A stretch of 64,000 nucleotides of DNA from the human T2T-CHM13v2.0 reference genome, Homo sapiens: assembly GCF_009914755.1 (NCBI RefSeq), contig NC_060937.1; one strand, given 5' to 3'. This document shows, piece by piece, positions 28,666 through 42,415 of this stretch (within the stretch, counting starts at the first letter, position 1; every line of letters begins with the position of its first letter). The notes under the pieces are model-generated. The model saw nothing but the letters and a program-made list of their open reading frames with translations, had not been told where the DNA came from and did not search any database. The translations under genes were made by a program, and so were the position numbers.

Positions 28666-31600
28666 ATCACTTGCAAATGAATGAATTGGTTTATGTGCAA
28701 TGGAGCAAGGAAAAAGTATCACTGCTTCCTGGGGAAAGAAACTGCATTCTACAATGGATGAATTAAATAGCTTGGAATTAAACAGCTATATTATAGCTAT
28801 GTTAAATATAAAATATTAGGTAAAAGTATTTTGATAACCAAACAAATTTTTAAGCTCTCTACTTGCTTTTTTTATCAGTATGTGATTTCCTTGAAATATT
28901 TGTTCTATAACCGTTGCATTCATAGCCATACGGAGTTATAGAAGCTATGGATTAATGAGCGAGGGGAACATACCCAGTCCTTCCAGCATGGATCTTAAAA
29001 GCAAGCAGTAGAAATTGAGTGAGTCATTAGAAATGTGGTAACTCTTGCCAGGAGAGAAATATAGGTTAATCTATAAACGCATAGCAAAATCTATCCTAGT
29101 TTTGGGAGTCAGGAAATGTTTCTCTTATATTCATTACAGTATGGGATTCAAAGATAGGCAAAATCAGGTGAGCTGAAGTTTTAGGAAACAGAATGTCCCA
29201 AGACTCTTTTAGGAAGACTGGCACATTGGTAAAATTGGAGTCTTGTAAGAAATAACTTAGAGTGGTACTGCAAAACAGAGCACAGACAGAATTCTGAACA
29301 TATATAGATTTGTAAGCCACTTTGACATTTTCGAACTTGACTTTTGGATGAAACATTGAGCATTCTGATAAGGAGAGTTAACATTTTCTGGTTTGTGTTT
29401 ATATAAAAGATGATTTTAAATGACTCATGCAGAATGGACTTGAATAAGCATGCCAAAAGTAATAGAAATTAGAGGGTTATTGCATTCACACCACACAAAA
29501 TAGAACATGACAGACTTAGGTGCAATGTAAACTGCATAATAATCACAGTGGAATATAGGCTCTATCCACTTTTAATGCCAAATACATAGTAGTTATTATG
29601 AAGCCTTCTGGAAGATATACTTAATATAATAATCTTCTGGCTTGATGACGTGATGAAGTGGCACCTAAAAATTACCATTATTTACATACTTTATCCAGAG
29701 TTCTACCATTTACCTGTTGATTATATCACTTCCCTATGAAGCTGCCATTATATTGATTCCTCAGTTCTGTCAAGCCACCAATCAATTCAGACAATCTTGT
29801 AACATTTTTCACTAATTTGTCTGGTTGTTAATCAAATTGATTTGCTATCATGGCCTCTTGGTGGTATTTTATTTGTTTGTTTGTTTATTTTCTTTTCTTT
29901 CATTTTGATGAAGACTTAGAGTGGCTATGCTCTTATACAAAAGGGAATAAAAACAAACATGTGAAATGTGTCCCTGTTCTTAGACCCATGAACTGGAAAA
30001 CATTGGGGCATCAACAAGCCCAGTTTCCCCTTCAGGTTGCATCCTCTTCTGCCATTCTTCTACATACTAATATTTTCCACCATTTCAATACCCTCAATTA
30101 TGGTAATGGCTACCAGGAATGTAAACTTATGGTAAGACATGTTATTTGCTTCCCATTATAGATATAATAACAAATTTGCTTCACAGATAGAGAGAAGCAT
30201 ATCACTTTCTAAAAAGCAAGCATTGCCCTGTTCCCTCATGAATAAAAATATGTTCTAGTAGTAGGCTGCCAAGAGTTACACTATATTTCCTTAGGATTAG
30301 AGGCATTTCATTTTTGATAATGTACTTGGAAGATAAAATGCATCAGAAAACTCTATTCCTTAAATTTATCATTCACACGGTTGGCCTATCATGGTTAGTC
30401 ACATAATTCACAGACTGATTAAGTGCAAAGTGAATGAATCATGTAACCAAATATTTTCAAGGAAGTGTGTGAACAATAGAGTTAATCAATAATGTGCCCA
30501 AACTTACTTTACTAGCTATTAGCATGGTATTCTTTATTACGGCAAATGGTAGAAAATCTATATTTGGAGGTCATTCAAAATCAGAGATCCAGGGCCAGTC
30601 TTAGGCCAAACTGTGAGGAAAATCATTTTTTCTTTTCAAATTTCTAGAATTTCTAGATTTGTTCCAAATACTCTTGGCCCTTTTAAAATGACATTTAAGT
30701 CCCTAGAACCTAATTTTAAAAGACTAATGGAAATTTATTGTATTTCAGGAAATGTACGCCTTTCTTTTCCTTTTATAAAATTAATAATAAAAATGTTTTC
30801 TAAAAACTCATTTGTTATTTAAAATTTTACTAAAGATTCATCACGAAGGTGACCCACGAAATTCAAGAGTATTTAAGAAACTGTGAAATGCTAAAAAGAC
30901 TATGAAGAAACCAACTTCAATATTGTCTTGTTCATAACCCTTTAGCACTGTGAAGATTTAGCAGTCTTCTTCATTAATACTGTTCTGTCTGAATTGCTTT
31001 GTCTGTCATTTAAATCAAAAGGCTTCCGAGATATAAAACCATCTTATTCTGCCTATTGAAAAACACCAAATGGGCTGCCAATTCTTGTAAATAAATAATC
31101 GTGAATGTCTGCAGGAGACAGGCTCATCTAGTACTACCTGTGCTTTTAAAGAAATAAAAATTCAAAGGCATTTATTTCAATTACTCAAACAAATTTCTTC
31201 ATTGAAATTTGACCAATTTTGACATTTCTAGAGAAAGACAGCATTTATATTTTAAACATAAGTAGGTAAAACAGAAAACAAATTGGAATAAAGCAAAACA
31301 CAAATAAATAAAAAACAATAATCCTTGTTCTTGTCATGTTCAGGAACTGCATTATTCAGGCATTTTACCTATAGAAGAACTAAAGTTGCCTTCCAAGAGT
31401 CCTTGCAGATGTTATCCAAGACAGAAAAGATATCCCATATCCCAGTAACCATAACACCTCAGCAATGTTAGTGAATTTCTATTTATTCTATTCCAAATAC
31501 TCCAAGGTCTTTCAACCTGGTGCTTCACCTATTGCCTGACTTTGCATTGCAAGAATGCCGGCCATCTTTGAACTGATTTGCATCAAAAGCATGACGTTGA

Positions 31601-32807
31601 AAAGCTCTCATTCTTAATTATATCATAGCTTTGAGGCTATAAATATGGTCAATTATAAACAAAATTGTGACATAGGTAAACTCAGCTTACCAAAGATTTA
31701 TATACCACTTCACTTCTTGGTTTTTTAAAACCCTCCCTGGTGTAGATTATTGCTGGTCTACTCTTCCTTGTAGAGTTAAAAGCTACAGGCTTTTATTTTT
31801 TTCTTAAAAGTAAGTCATTTAACATAATTGAGATTATTCAATGATAATCATCTTACATTCTGGTTTTTATATCTTGACCTTTTCATATGACCAAGTATTC
31901 AAATATATGATTATTAATGGTTATTTCACTGGCATCATAATATTGGTTATTCACTATATTTATATATTTAGCTTTTTAATCGATATTTCACAACATACAT
32001 ATCTTTCTATAAATATCTTTGTGCATTTAGTTTATTTTAGAGAATAGCACCCATGACATAGACTTACAGTGTCTTAGTCAATTTTCTGTTGCTATAACAG
32101 AATAGCACAGACTGGGTAATTTATTTTTTAAAAAAGAAGCTTAAGTTTACTTAGCTCACAATTCTGGAGGCTAGGAAGTCTACGACCATGGTATTGTCAT
32201 CTGACAATGACCTTCATGCTCCATCATAACATGGAAGAAGGTATTCACATCATGAGAGAGTAAGACAAAGAGAGCCAGAGTGAGCACACTTTTATAACAA
32301 ATCCACTCCTGAGATAGCAACATTAATCCATCCATGAGGGAGGACCAAACATTAACATATTCATGATGGCAGAGGAACAAACTTTCTAAAGCATGAACTT
32401 TTGAGGGACTAATTCAAGCCATAGCATTCCACCACTGGCCATCCAAATGTATGGTCTTCTCACACGCAAAACACATTAATTTCATCCCAATAGCCTGAAA
32501 AATTTGTCATTCCAGTACTACTAACTAAAAAGTCCAAATCTAGAATCTCATTGAAATTAGATATAGGTGAGATTCAAGGCATGATTCATCCCATGGCAAA
32601 TTCCCTCCAACTGTGAACCTGCAAAATCAAATCAAGCTATCTACTTCCAAAATACAATGGTGGGACAGGCATAGAATAGCTATTCCTATTCCAGAAAAGA
32701 GGAAAAGGCAAGAATAAAGGGGCTACTCGTCCCAAGAAAGTCCAAAATCCAACAGGGAAAAGAACACTAAACCTTAAAGCTTCAGAAAGATTATTCACTT
32801 TATGTGC

Positions 32808-33310
32808 TGTATTAGTCAGGGTTCTCTTGAGGGACAGGACTAATAGGATTGATGTATATATGAAAGGGAGTTTATTAAGGAGTATTGACTCACATGATCA
32901 CAAGGTGAAGTCCCACAATAGGCCATATGCAAGCTGAGGAGCAAGGAATCCAGTCCCAGTCCCAAAACCTCAAAAGTAGGGAAGGTGAGAGTGCAGCCTT
33001 CAGTCTGTGGCCGAAGGCCCAAGAACCCCTGGCAAATGACTGGTGCAGCTCCAAGAGTCCAAAAGCTGAAGAACTTGGAGTCTGATGTTCAAGGGCAGGA
33101 AGCATCCAGCACAGGAGAAAGATGGAGGCCAGAAAACTCGGCCAGTCTAGTCCTTCCACGTTCCTCTACCTGCTTTAGGGTGGGTCTGCCTCTCCTAGTC
33201 CACTGACTCAAATGTTAATCTCCTTTGGCAACACCCTCACAGACACACTTAGGAAAAATGCTTTGCATCCTTCAATCCAATCAAATTGACACTCAATATT
33301 AACCATCACA
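32808..33310 (-). mobile_element. MLT2A2-type ERVL solo LTR nested in MST internal region
   Basis: tgtattagtcagggttctc...cccaaaacctcaaaagtagggaagg...cagtctgtggccgaaggccc...attaaccatcaca; internal deletion near 33176. Confidence 0.9.
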
Positions 33311-34740
33311 TATGTTGTCTCCTGAACGCAGTGGAGATTTGGGCTCCCAAAGTCTCAGAGATCTCACTCTTATGGCTTTGCTGGACTCAGCCCAAGTAAC
33401 TCTTCTCACAGGTTGGAGTCTCATGGTTGCAGTTCTGTAAAGCTGGCATTGTATGTGGGTAGCTGTACATTTCTAGGGTCTTGGGATGGCCCTCCCCTTG
33501 GGGCTCCACTAGGCATTGCCTTTGTTGGTTCCCCTTGTAGTAGCCTGGATCTAATCCCACATTTAGGCCCAGGCTCTCTCTGATGGCTCTGCCCTTGTGA
33601 CAAGTCTCTGCCGGGGCCCCTAGGTGGCCTGAGTCCCTGGGTGACATCCTTTAAAATCTAGATGGAGAGAGCCATCCACAGCTTTTGCATTCCGCATACC
33701 GACAGGGTTAGCACCACATGGATGCCACCAAGGTTTATGACTTGTGCCTTCCTAATCAGGGGATTGAGCCACACACCTGCAGCCATTTGAGCCATTGCTC
33801 GGGCAGCCAAGGAGCACTGCACCAGAATGCAGGGAGCAGAAACCCAAGGCAACCCTGAGCGGTGGCCCATCCTTCAAAACCATTCTGCTCTTCTATAGCT
33901 CTGGGCATATGATGGGCAGGGCAGCCTCAAAGATCTCTGATATGGCTTTCAAGTTTTTCTTCCATTGTTCTGATGAATTGCCTTTGACTTTCTTTTATCC
34001 ATACTAATCTCCTTATTAATCAATTGCTTCATCACACCGTTGGAAGAAAGATAATTTTTCTTTTTCATCCTCTATCACAAGGTCAGCCTGAAAATTTTCC
34101 AAATCTTTTCTCTATGTTCCCCCTTTTTTCTTTTTTGTATAAATTCTGTTCTTAAACCATCTCTTTTCTCTTATTCTACTATAAGCAGTTAAAAGTAGCC
34201 ATGCAGTTTTGCTGCTTAGATATTTCTTCTGCCAAATAGCCTAGTTTGTCACTCATAAATTTCACCTTCCATAAAGTCGCTGGGTAGCAATACAGTTCAG
34301 CTGATTTCCTTGCTACTTTATAACAAGTATAGCCTTTGCTCCAGTTCTCAATACCTTGTTCCTCAGTTCCATCTGAGAGCCCATCAGAATGGCATTTACA
34401 GTCCATAGTTCTATCAACATTCTAGTCAAGAATACTTAAGTAATCTGTTAGAAGTTTCAATTCTTCTCTGGACTTATCTTCTAAAACTTCACCAGAATCA
34501 CCCTTAACTCTCCAATCACAATACAGCCTTTTTCTAGCCTGTCCTCCAATTCTTTCAGCCTCCAAATTCTTCCAGCCTCTGCCCACTACCCATGTCCAAA
34601 GCCACTTTCACAGATTTTGGTATTTGTTGAAGCAACAATACCACTTTTCAGTACCAATTTCCCGTCTTAGGTTATTTTCTATTGCTATAAGAGAAGACCA
34701 TAGACTGAGTAATGTATTAAAAACAAAAAAAAAATCTTTA

Positions 34741-35034
34741 GGCCTGGCATGGTGGCTCACGCCTGTAATCCCAGCACTTTTGGAGGCCGAGATGGGTGGG
34801 TCAATGAAGGTCAGGAGTTTGAGAACAGCCTGGCCAACATGGGGAAACCCTGTCTCTACTAAATATACAAAAATTAGCCAGGCATGGTGGGGGGTGCTTG
34901 TAATCTCAGCTACTGGGGAGGCTGAGGCATGAGAATTGCTTGAACCTGGGAGGAGGAGGTTTCAGTGAACCAAGATCGTGCCGCTGCACTCCAGCCTGGG
35001 CAACAGAGCGAGACTCCATTTCAAAAGAAAATAA
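34741..35034 (+). mobile_element. AluS (Sz/Sx-like) nested in the MST LTR
   Basis: ggcctggcatggtggctcacgcctgtaatcccagcact...cctgggcaacagagcgagactccatttcaaaagaaaataa. Confidence 0.93.
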
Positions 35035-36485
35035 GTGTATTTAGCTTATGATTCTGGAGTGTGGGAAGTCCAAGAGCACGGTGCCAGCATCTTGCAACAG
35101 CCTTCGTGCTGAGTCATAACATGGCAGAAGATATTCATATGGCAAGAAGGCAAAAGGAAGACAATCAGAGAGAGACAACACTTTTATAACAAAGCCACTC
35201 CTACAATAACAAACCTACTTTCATGATTGTGACATAATTTATTCACGAGGGCAGAGTCCTCATTAATCCATTCATAAGGGCAAAGGATTTAAGTTTCCAA
35301 CACAAGAATTTTGTGGAGACACATTCAAACCATTAGATATAAAATCAGAAGAATATATTTCAACTTATTTCCAAAAATTGTACACTTATACATGTAGCAT
35401 ATGAAGATGAAATGTTAATTGGTATTTCCACAGTATAATATTCCTACAAGTATAAATTATTACCATATCTTAGCTCAAAATGAAAAATACAAATTATAAA
35501 AATTTTTTGGTGTATTGGCAGATTAATGAACAACAATCTTGACAGAAATTCGATACCTTTCATGCCAATTTTAACTATACATAGAAGCCGAGTTTATCTC
35601 ATCCATTCAACCATTTTCAACTCAAAAGAAGAATTCCATATATCTAAAGTTTCAACTTACTATATATGTTTTTATGTCAAGAAAACCATATGTTTGGTTG
35701 TTATTAGATGGTATGATGCCACTTTAAATGTAATTAAGTTGTAAATTCCCCTAATATGAAGATATGCCTTATTGTATTATCAAATTGTATTTTCTTGAAT
35801 TGGGGAAATTATACAAATGCTGATGCCTGCCTACCATAGCCCAGAAATTTAGATTTACTTGTTCTGAGAGGGGAAACGACACAGGCTTTTTTTTTTTTTT
35901 TTTCAGTGCTACCCATGTGTTTATATTTGGCAGCCATGATTGTTGAAAATTACTGCTTCAAATAAAGAAAGCTCTGTGTGTGGGATATATGTTTGCATGT
36001 GTGTGTGTTGTGTGTGTGTACATGTGCAAGTATATATGTATACGTGTGGGTTAAAACAAGTAATGGCATGTGACTGATACCTTATACATAATTCCTGGCT
36101 GTAGGGGCTGCAGTTCTGAATAATTTCTCTAAGAAGAGACAATGACATTGGAAAACTTTCATAAGGAAACAAAATTGATAACAAGAGTACTGGAGACAAC
36201 ATGTGAGAAACAGATAATATTTTATTTTCAGAACTGGCTAAAATATTTTTATCTTATGAAGGTTAATAGTTACCACAGTTACCAGAAAGCACGTGAAAAT
36301 ATCCCTTGATAAAAATGCTTTCATATGTTTATGTCACACAAATCCAAAACTCGTTCAAGTTTATAAGAAAAAGCTTTATCAAGAAAGTGTTAATTATTAG
36401 TTATATTATCAGCATTATTTTACTCAAAAAGACAGAAATAAAGCAAAAATTATAGATGAGATTATTTTAAAGTATAATCCAACTT

Positions 36486-36489
36486 ATTT

Positions 36490-36528
<39 letters not shown>

Positions 36529-36695
36529 TTTTGTAACAGAATCTTGCACTGTCGCCCAGGCTGGAGTGCAGTGGTGTGATCTCGGCTCACTGCAACTTCT
36601 GCCTCCGGGGTTCAAGCAATTCTTCTGCCTCAGCTTCCTGAGTAGCTGAGATTACAGGCGCCCACTACCTCGCCCGGCTAATTTTTTGTATTTCT
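36486..36695 (-). mobile_element. AluS right monomer with (TTTA)n tail; left monomer missing
   Basis: (ttta)n then gtcgcccaggctggagtgcagtgg...cccggctaattttttgtattt, ending abruptly at the linker. Confidence 0.9.
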
Positions 36696-37382
36696 ATTTG
36701 TAGATTTTTGCTGGTTAAAAAAGGTTGTCATATTTAACCTTTTTTATAAGTACAAGGCCTGGTAGTATCTTATCTTTGATTCCATGTAATGTTATGAAAT
36801 TGACACACAAACACATAAACATACAAATGACTCTCATGATCCAGTTCTCTCCTTTACATTTCTTTGAAATAATTCAGATTATTATTATTTAAATTATACT
36901 TCAGATATGACTTTCTCCTATGCAATATGCACAGGCTAAAAATATATAGTTTCTAAATCAATCACTGTATTTGCCTTGCTTTACTAATACCCCATAGGGG
37001 CAGGAAAAAATATTTTAAATTCGTAGTGAAAATGAATTGATATTGTCAAAGCAAACTGGAAAAAATATGCTGGGAAATTTCTATTGTAAAAGCATCCAAT
37101 CCCATCTTTAGCATAAGTTGCCTGATTTATTTAAATAATAGTGCTTGTATTTCATTTTATCTTTTGTATATTAGGTTTAAAATATGTTATTTGTTTAGAA
37201 ATAAGTTATTGTTATATACTGTTGGAGACATACCTTTTACTTTAACAGGTGCAGTTGTATGATCATTTATAAAAATATATTGGAGAATATTTTAGAAATA
37301 TATTTATGATGTTAAAGGTCTTAGTTCTGATTCACTATTAAGATATCAGAATGATCCCATGTTACTAATTGATACTCTAAAT

Positions 37383-37595
37383 CAAGTGTTGGCAAAACTT
37401 TCAGTAAAAGTTCAGATTTTTTGCTTTGTGGGCTACACAGTCTCTGTGGCAACTCTGTCATGGTAATATAAAAGTAGCTATAGATAATAAGTAAATGAAT
37501 GGCCGTGTGTTGCAAAAAAAAAAAAAAAAAATCACTGTTCATAGAAAGAGATTGTGAGATGAATTTTACCCAAGGGCTATCATTTGCCTTTTCTA
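37383..37595. mobile_element. MER58A hAT DNA transposon
   Basis: caagtgttggcaaaactttcagtaaaag...ctttgtgggctacacagtctctgtggcaact...gtaaatgaatggccgtgtgttgcaa. Confidence 0.75.
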
Positions 37596-37599
37596 TTTC

Positions 37600-37876
37600 A
37601 GGACAGTTTTCCTCTGTGTGATGAATCAGTCACCCAGACTACTTTAATATAGTGGTTACCCCTTTCAAATGAGACAACCATGTTTACTGTGGTAGAGAGA
37701 CAGATGGCCAGAGGGTCATGCACTAACTCTTGTATACTTTGGCCAAAAAGTGTCATATGTCCCTTCTGCCCACAGCCCATTGACCAGAACTAACCACATG
37801 GCCTTACATAATTGTTAAAATGCTAGGAAATGTGAAAACAGATGGAATGTTAAGTGAGCATGATGTCTCTGCCACA
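37600..37876 (-). mobile_element. Old MLT1 (I/J-like) LTR fragment
   Basis: cttctgcccacagcccattgaccagaactaaccacatggcc...gctaggaaatgtg...gtctctgccaca. Confidence 0.65.
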
Positions 37877-38468
37877 CTAAAGAATTACAGATAGTAATTA
37901 GTATGGAGATAATTATAGATAGCAATCAGCAAAGTATATATTTGTTATATAAGTAACAAGTTGCCCAAATAAGTATTAAGAAATGGATTTTATCCTGTGT
38001 TTGTGATTGTACGGGCTGTTAATAATCTTTGCAGTGGTATGAAATAGCCAAAAATGAAGGCAATACATATATAGAAAAGAGGCATGCTTTTTGACCTGTA
38101 ACTTAAAAAAGCATTGTTCAGAAGGTATATTGAAGAAAAGTTGCATTTGTGGAAATATCATTTTGATGAAAGTTTTGTATCTGAAAGATCAAATGCAGTC
38201 CAAAGGATTGTGATTTTTAAAGACCCGTAGACAAGGTAGTGGTCACACTAACCACTCCACCATAAGCTACTGTGAGAAAAAGAACACCGAAGGCCACATT
38301 TAAGAAGGAATCAACACAATCAAGCAGATCAAAGAAGAGCTAGGTCCAAATCAGACCAAAGATACAGAGTCTCTACATTGCTAAAGTTGTTTTTAATCAT
38401 TACTTAAGAAAACAAAATTACAAGTTAACATCTGAACTAATATAGATATACAAATATAATATATACAG

Positions 38469-39051
38469 TATAAACCGGAAGGTATCTGAGACAAGTCTTA
38501 AACAATTTAGGAAGTTTATTTTGTCAAGGTTAAGAACATGCCAGTGAAGGTCTTAGGAGTCCTGATGACATGTGCCCAAACTGATAGGGGTACAACTTGT
38601 TTTTATATATTTGAGGGAGACATAATATATCAATCACTTGTAAGATTTACGTTGGCTTGATCTTGAAGGGCAGGACAACTCGAAGCAGGGGCTTCCAGGT
38701 CATAGGTAGATTTAAACATATTTTGATTGGCAATTGGTTTGAAAGAGCTATTAACTGTAGAAAGGAATGTCTGGGTTATGATAAGCCGTTGTGGAGACCT
38801 AAGGTTTATCGTGCAGATGAAGCTTCCAAGTAGCAGACTTTAAAGAAAAGACTGTAAATGTTTCTTATCAGACATAAGGTAAGTGTTGATGTTACTGCTG
38901 GAAGGATATAATGAGACGTGTCCAACTCCCGTTTTCCGTCATGACCTGAGCCAGTCTTTCAGGTTAAATTTTAGAGCTCCCTGTAGAGGAGGAAGTCCAT
39001 TTGAATGGTTGTGGGGCGTGGGAGGATCTATGAATTTCATTTTTGTTTATA
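38469..39051 (-). mobile_element. MER4-group (MER4B-like) ERV1 solo LTR
   Basis: aggtatctgagacaagtctta...agtttattttgtcaaggttaag...ggggcttccaggtcataggtagattt...atttttgtttata; 4-bp TSD-like acag / gcag. Confidence 0.85.
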
Positions 39052-39784
39052 GCAGTATCATATTTATGGTGTGTACTACATATATATCCCTGTTTATATT
39101 AGTTTTTTAGTTATATATGTATGTGTATACACATATATATGATGCTATTTACTACAATGTAATAATACTGCTTCTAAATATTAAATATTATAATATGTCA
39201 CCACTAGAAGCCTATTTTATATAATATGCATATCTCTTAAGCCATTTTCATTTTTAGAGCCAGTAATAGAGCCATAACTATCTTCCTTTCAATATTATGA
39301 AATACACTTTTGTAAAGTCCTGAATTTGTGTCTTGTGACTTCGAGCCTTCAGGTCTTTGGTTTTAATACACTCAAATATGACATGGTCACTTATTCCCAG
39401 AGATCATTTTGCTTCCACTCGCAATTTTCTTTACTCATCATAATAGCGTCCTGAGTTGCAATTCCCCATATTGATTTCTCTACGTTTTTCATGATGCAAG
39501 ATTTAATAAGGCAAGTCAAGAATTTTATCAGATGTTCTGTTCTTAGCAGAATAAGGCTTCTGACAGATACAGCCCTCCATCATTACTAATATTGATACGT
39601 TGCCTGTTTTATGATATGCATTAGGGAAGCATTTTGCATATTGTTTGTCTATCCTAGCACTCTGTAGCATATTTTATTTCTGCTTCTCTCATCTTTTACT
39701 CTCCACCAAAAGGTTTTCACTGAAAGTCCACTTTTCTCTTTGTGAATTTTAATTCAAAAAACCATCTTTTTGACATACAGTCTT

Positions 39785-39920
39785 TGTAGTAGGAAAACCA
39801 TCATCTTGGAATCAGATCGGCCCAGGTCCACATCTGGACTCTAAAATTTAACTGTTGGGTATCTTTTGACAAGTTGCATTAACTCTTTGAGCCAATATTC
39901 TTTATCTAAAATCACAATTA
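39785..39920 (+). mobile_element. MIR fragment
   Basis: cttggaatcagatcggcccaggtccacatctggactct...gacaagttgcattaactctttgagcc. Confidence 0.55.
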
Positions 39921-41524
39921 TATTTTTATTAAAAGATCTTTACACAAGTATTTATGTATTTATCTGTACTAATTTAGAGTTTTGCAACTTTTCTTTTTCA
40001 AACTAAAGTCTACTGTTAAATATATGTCTTAAAGAAACTTTTCAACTTTTCTAAATCCTTGAGTTTTATAAAATTCTAGGTGTATTTTCTTATCAGTTGC
40101 ATTGGAGAATATGATGCTTGAAATAAAAAGAGAACAGCCTAAGCTTCAAATTACCAATTATTATCAATCTATTCTGTCCTGTTTTTGGAATAAGAATAAA
40201 TGACAATTGCTAAGTTCTGTTTGGGAGGATAATGAAAGGCAAATTATACATGGCCCTTGTTTACAATCTAAGTTAGAAACTTTACTTGCATATTTAACTT
40301 TTGTAAGAAAATTTTTTTCTGAGCCCATCTCTCCATTATTTAACAATAATATTCATAAAATTAGAAACATAGGATTTTAAAACTACTCAAATAACTTACT
40401 GCCTTTTTCATATTTGCCCCTGGATAATTACTTGTGAGGCTTTAACTGAAGACTACTAAAGCCAAGGGTAATTCAAAGTCAAATAAATAGTCAGCTCATA
40501 ACTCTTAAATTCCCTTTATAGGAAAGTAGTATACTGTATCTGTTGTTGCATAATTCTCAATAATGCTAAAGGTGGTTATTTGTATATCATGAGCAGAATA
40601 AGCCTTTTAGTGTTGGCTAATGCAGAGTTGAATGGCCATTAACCATTCATTTTTTGTGATGGAGAAATTGCATTTACACAACTTGTTGGATTTTTATTCA
40701 CTCATTTGTCAAGTTTACTTCTTTAAGGTTGTCAGTTTTTCCTAGTTATCATCATTTGAAAAGTTGCTTGTGGCATAAGTTCATTAAATGTAGTATAGCC
40801 AAATGAAGCATATAGATAGCTGAAAATTCTGTCAAATATGATTTATGCAAAAATCTGGCTCTGTGCAATGGCATGATATTGTGCGCACTTGGCTATTATG
40901 TTCTCAATTTTTCTCCATATGAATTACTTTACAGTTTCTTAAAATATAAACTTCTTAGGCTTGGGAAGCCTCTAGCAAGACTTTATAAAAGTATAAAATA
41001 TTCTCTTTACTCAGAAAACATGAGTATACACAATCCCTTTAAGCAAATCTTTCTTTTTCTTTACAGGATGATGCTGGTTAAGATCTATCAAATAGTCTTT
41101 TGATGAGTTCCAGAGAGGGCCCTCCATGCTGTCTTGAGTCAGCAGTTTTGTTTTGTTTTTTCCATCTTGCATATAGTATATCAGTCATGTCTATGTCAGA
41201 TATTATAGTTTCGAGATCTATTTGACGATAATAGTTTCACTGTTATTTAAAATTCCTATTAGTTCTCTTCAAAGTAATGCTAGTCAGTCCTAAAATATGA
41301 ACATAAGGAGATCTCATTGTGTAGAAAACAGGGAAAAATATGCAATTGATTAAAAATAGATTCTATAAAGAACACCTAAATAGAATATAATAAACAGAAG
41401 AAAAAATTGACCAGGTCTGCAAGATTTTGAATAAACTAGGTGATTTTTTTAAAAACCTCTTCAATATTACCTAAGCGAAATATATTTAATCACAATTTTT
41501 TTCAAAGTGGGGGGTAGGTGGCAC

Positions 41525-41945
41525 GTATTGCAAGTTGCAGCAATAAGCAAACCCCAAATTGTAATATCGATCTAGTACAATAATTATTTATTTCTCACTC
41601 AAAGTCCAACATGGGATTTCAATATTTGCAGGTAACTCTCACACACATAGTGATCCAGGGACTCGGATTCTTTCCTTCTTAGGTTCCTGCCATCTTCAAC
41701 ACATCGTGGTCTGTATCAAGTCTGGAGCAGAGAAGGAATATGGATTGCAAGTGGGCATTTGCATGGACAGGGCAGGGATTGGAAATGGGTACTTTACCCC
41801 ACTGACATACCTGTAGCTAGAACTCAGTCATAAGGCTGCACCTGGCTACAAAAATAGCCTGGAAAAGTAGCCTGACTTGTGCCCAAGGGAAGAAAAGAAA
41901 AAAAAGGAAAAGATAGGAGGATGAGCTAGCCGACTTTGACATATC
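41525..41945 (-). mobile_element. Old MLT1 (J-like) LTR
   Basis: caaaccccaaat...ttatttctcactc...gtgatccagggactc...agaactcagtcataaggctgcacctggctacaa...tgtgcccaagggaaga. Confidence 0.6.
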
Positions 41946-42100
41946 GCTAATCAAACACAAGGAAAAACATACATACACACACACATGCATAGCATGTTCT
42001 TTCAATCAATCCAATAAAGGAAAACATTGTTATCTTTCTGTTATATGTATTTTCTGACTTAAAATGATACAAATACTATACAAAACGCAAGAGATTCTGG

Positions 42101-42415
42101 TTTGTTGTTGTTGTTGTTTTGTTTGTTTTTTTGAGACGGAGTCTTGCTCTGTCGTCCAGGCTGGAGTGCAGTGGTGCGATCTTGGCTCACTGCAGCCTTC
42201 TGCCTCCTGGGTTCCAGTGATTCTCCTGCCTCAGCCTCCCGAGTAGCTGGGATTACAGGTGGCTGCCACCACATCTGGCTACTTTTTGTATTTTTAGTAG
42301 AGACGGGGTTTCACCATGTTGGCCAGGATGGTCTCAAACTCCTGACCTCAGGTGATCCGCCCGCCTCAGCCTCCCAGAGTGCTGGGATTACAGGAGTGAG
42401 CCACAGCTCCCGGCC
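42101..42415 (-). mobile_element. AluSx-like with (TTG)n tail
   Basis: Full dimer; TSD aagagattctg (42089-42099) / aagagattttg (42416-42426). Confidence 0.95.

Larger units (their letters stand above)
32070..35337 (-). mobile_element. Two-LTR MST (MSTC/D-like) MaLR: LTR 32070-32426, internal 32427-34662, LTR ~34663-35337
   Basis: Both LTRs start (t/c)gtcttag..ttttct(g/a)ttgctataa and end attcaa(g/a)ccat; internal ORF remnant IENWSKGYTCYKVA...DKLGYLAEEISKQQ (34179-34406) is homologous to the THE1 internal ORF. Confidence 0.85.

Noticed and set aside
30589-30830. Possible hAT-Tip100-type transposon starting cagggccagtcttagg
   Set aside because: Only the first bases look like a terminal repeat; no matching opposite end found
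39120-39135. Short palindromes such as tatgtgtatacacata (also ~28784-28798, ~43741-43759, ~51837-51850)
   Set aside because: Short or low-complexity, and expected by chance in AT-rich DNA
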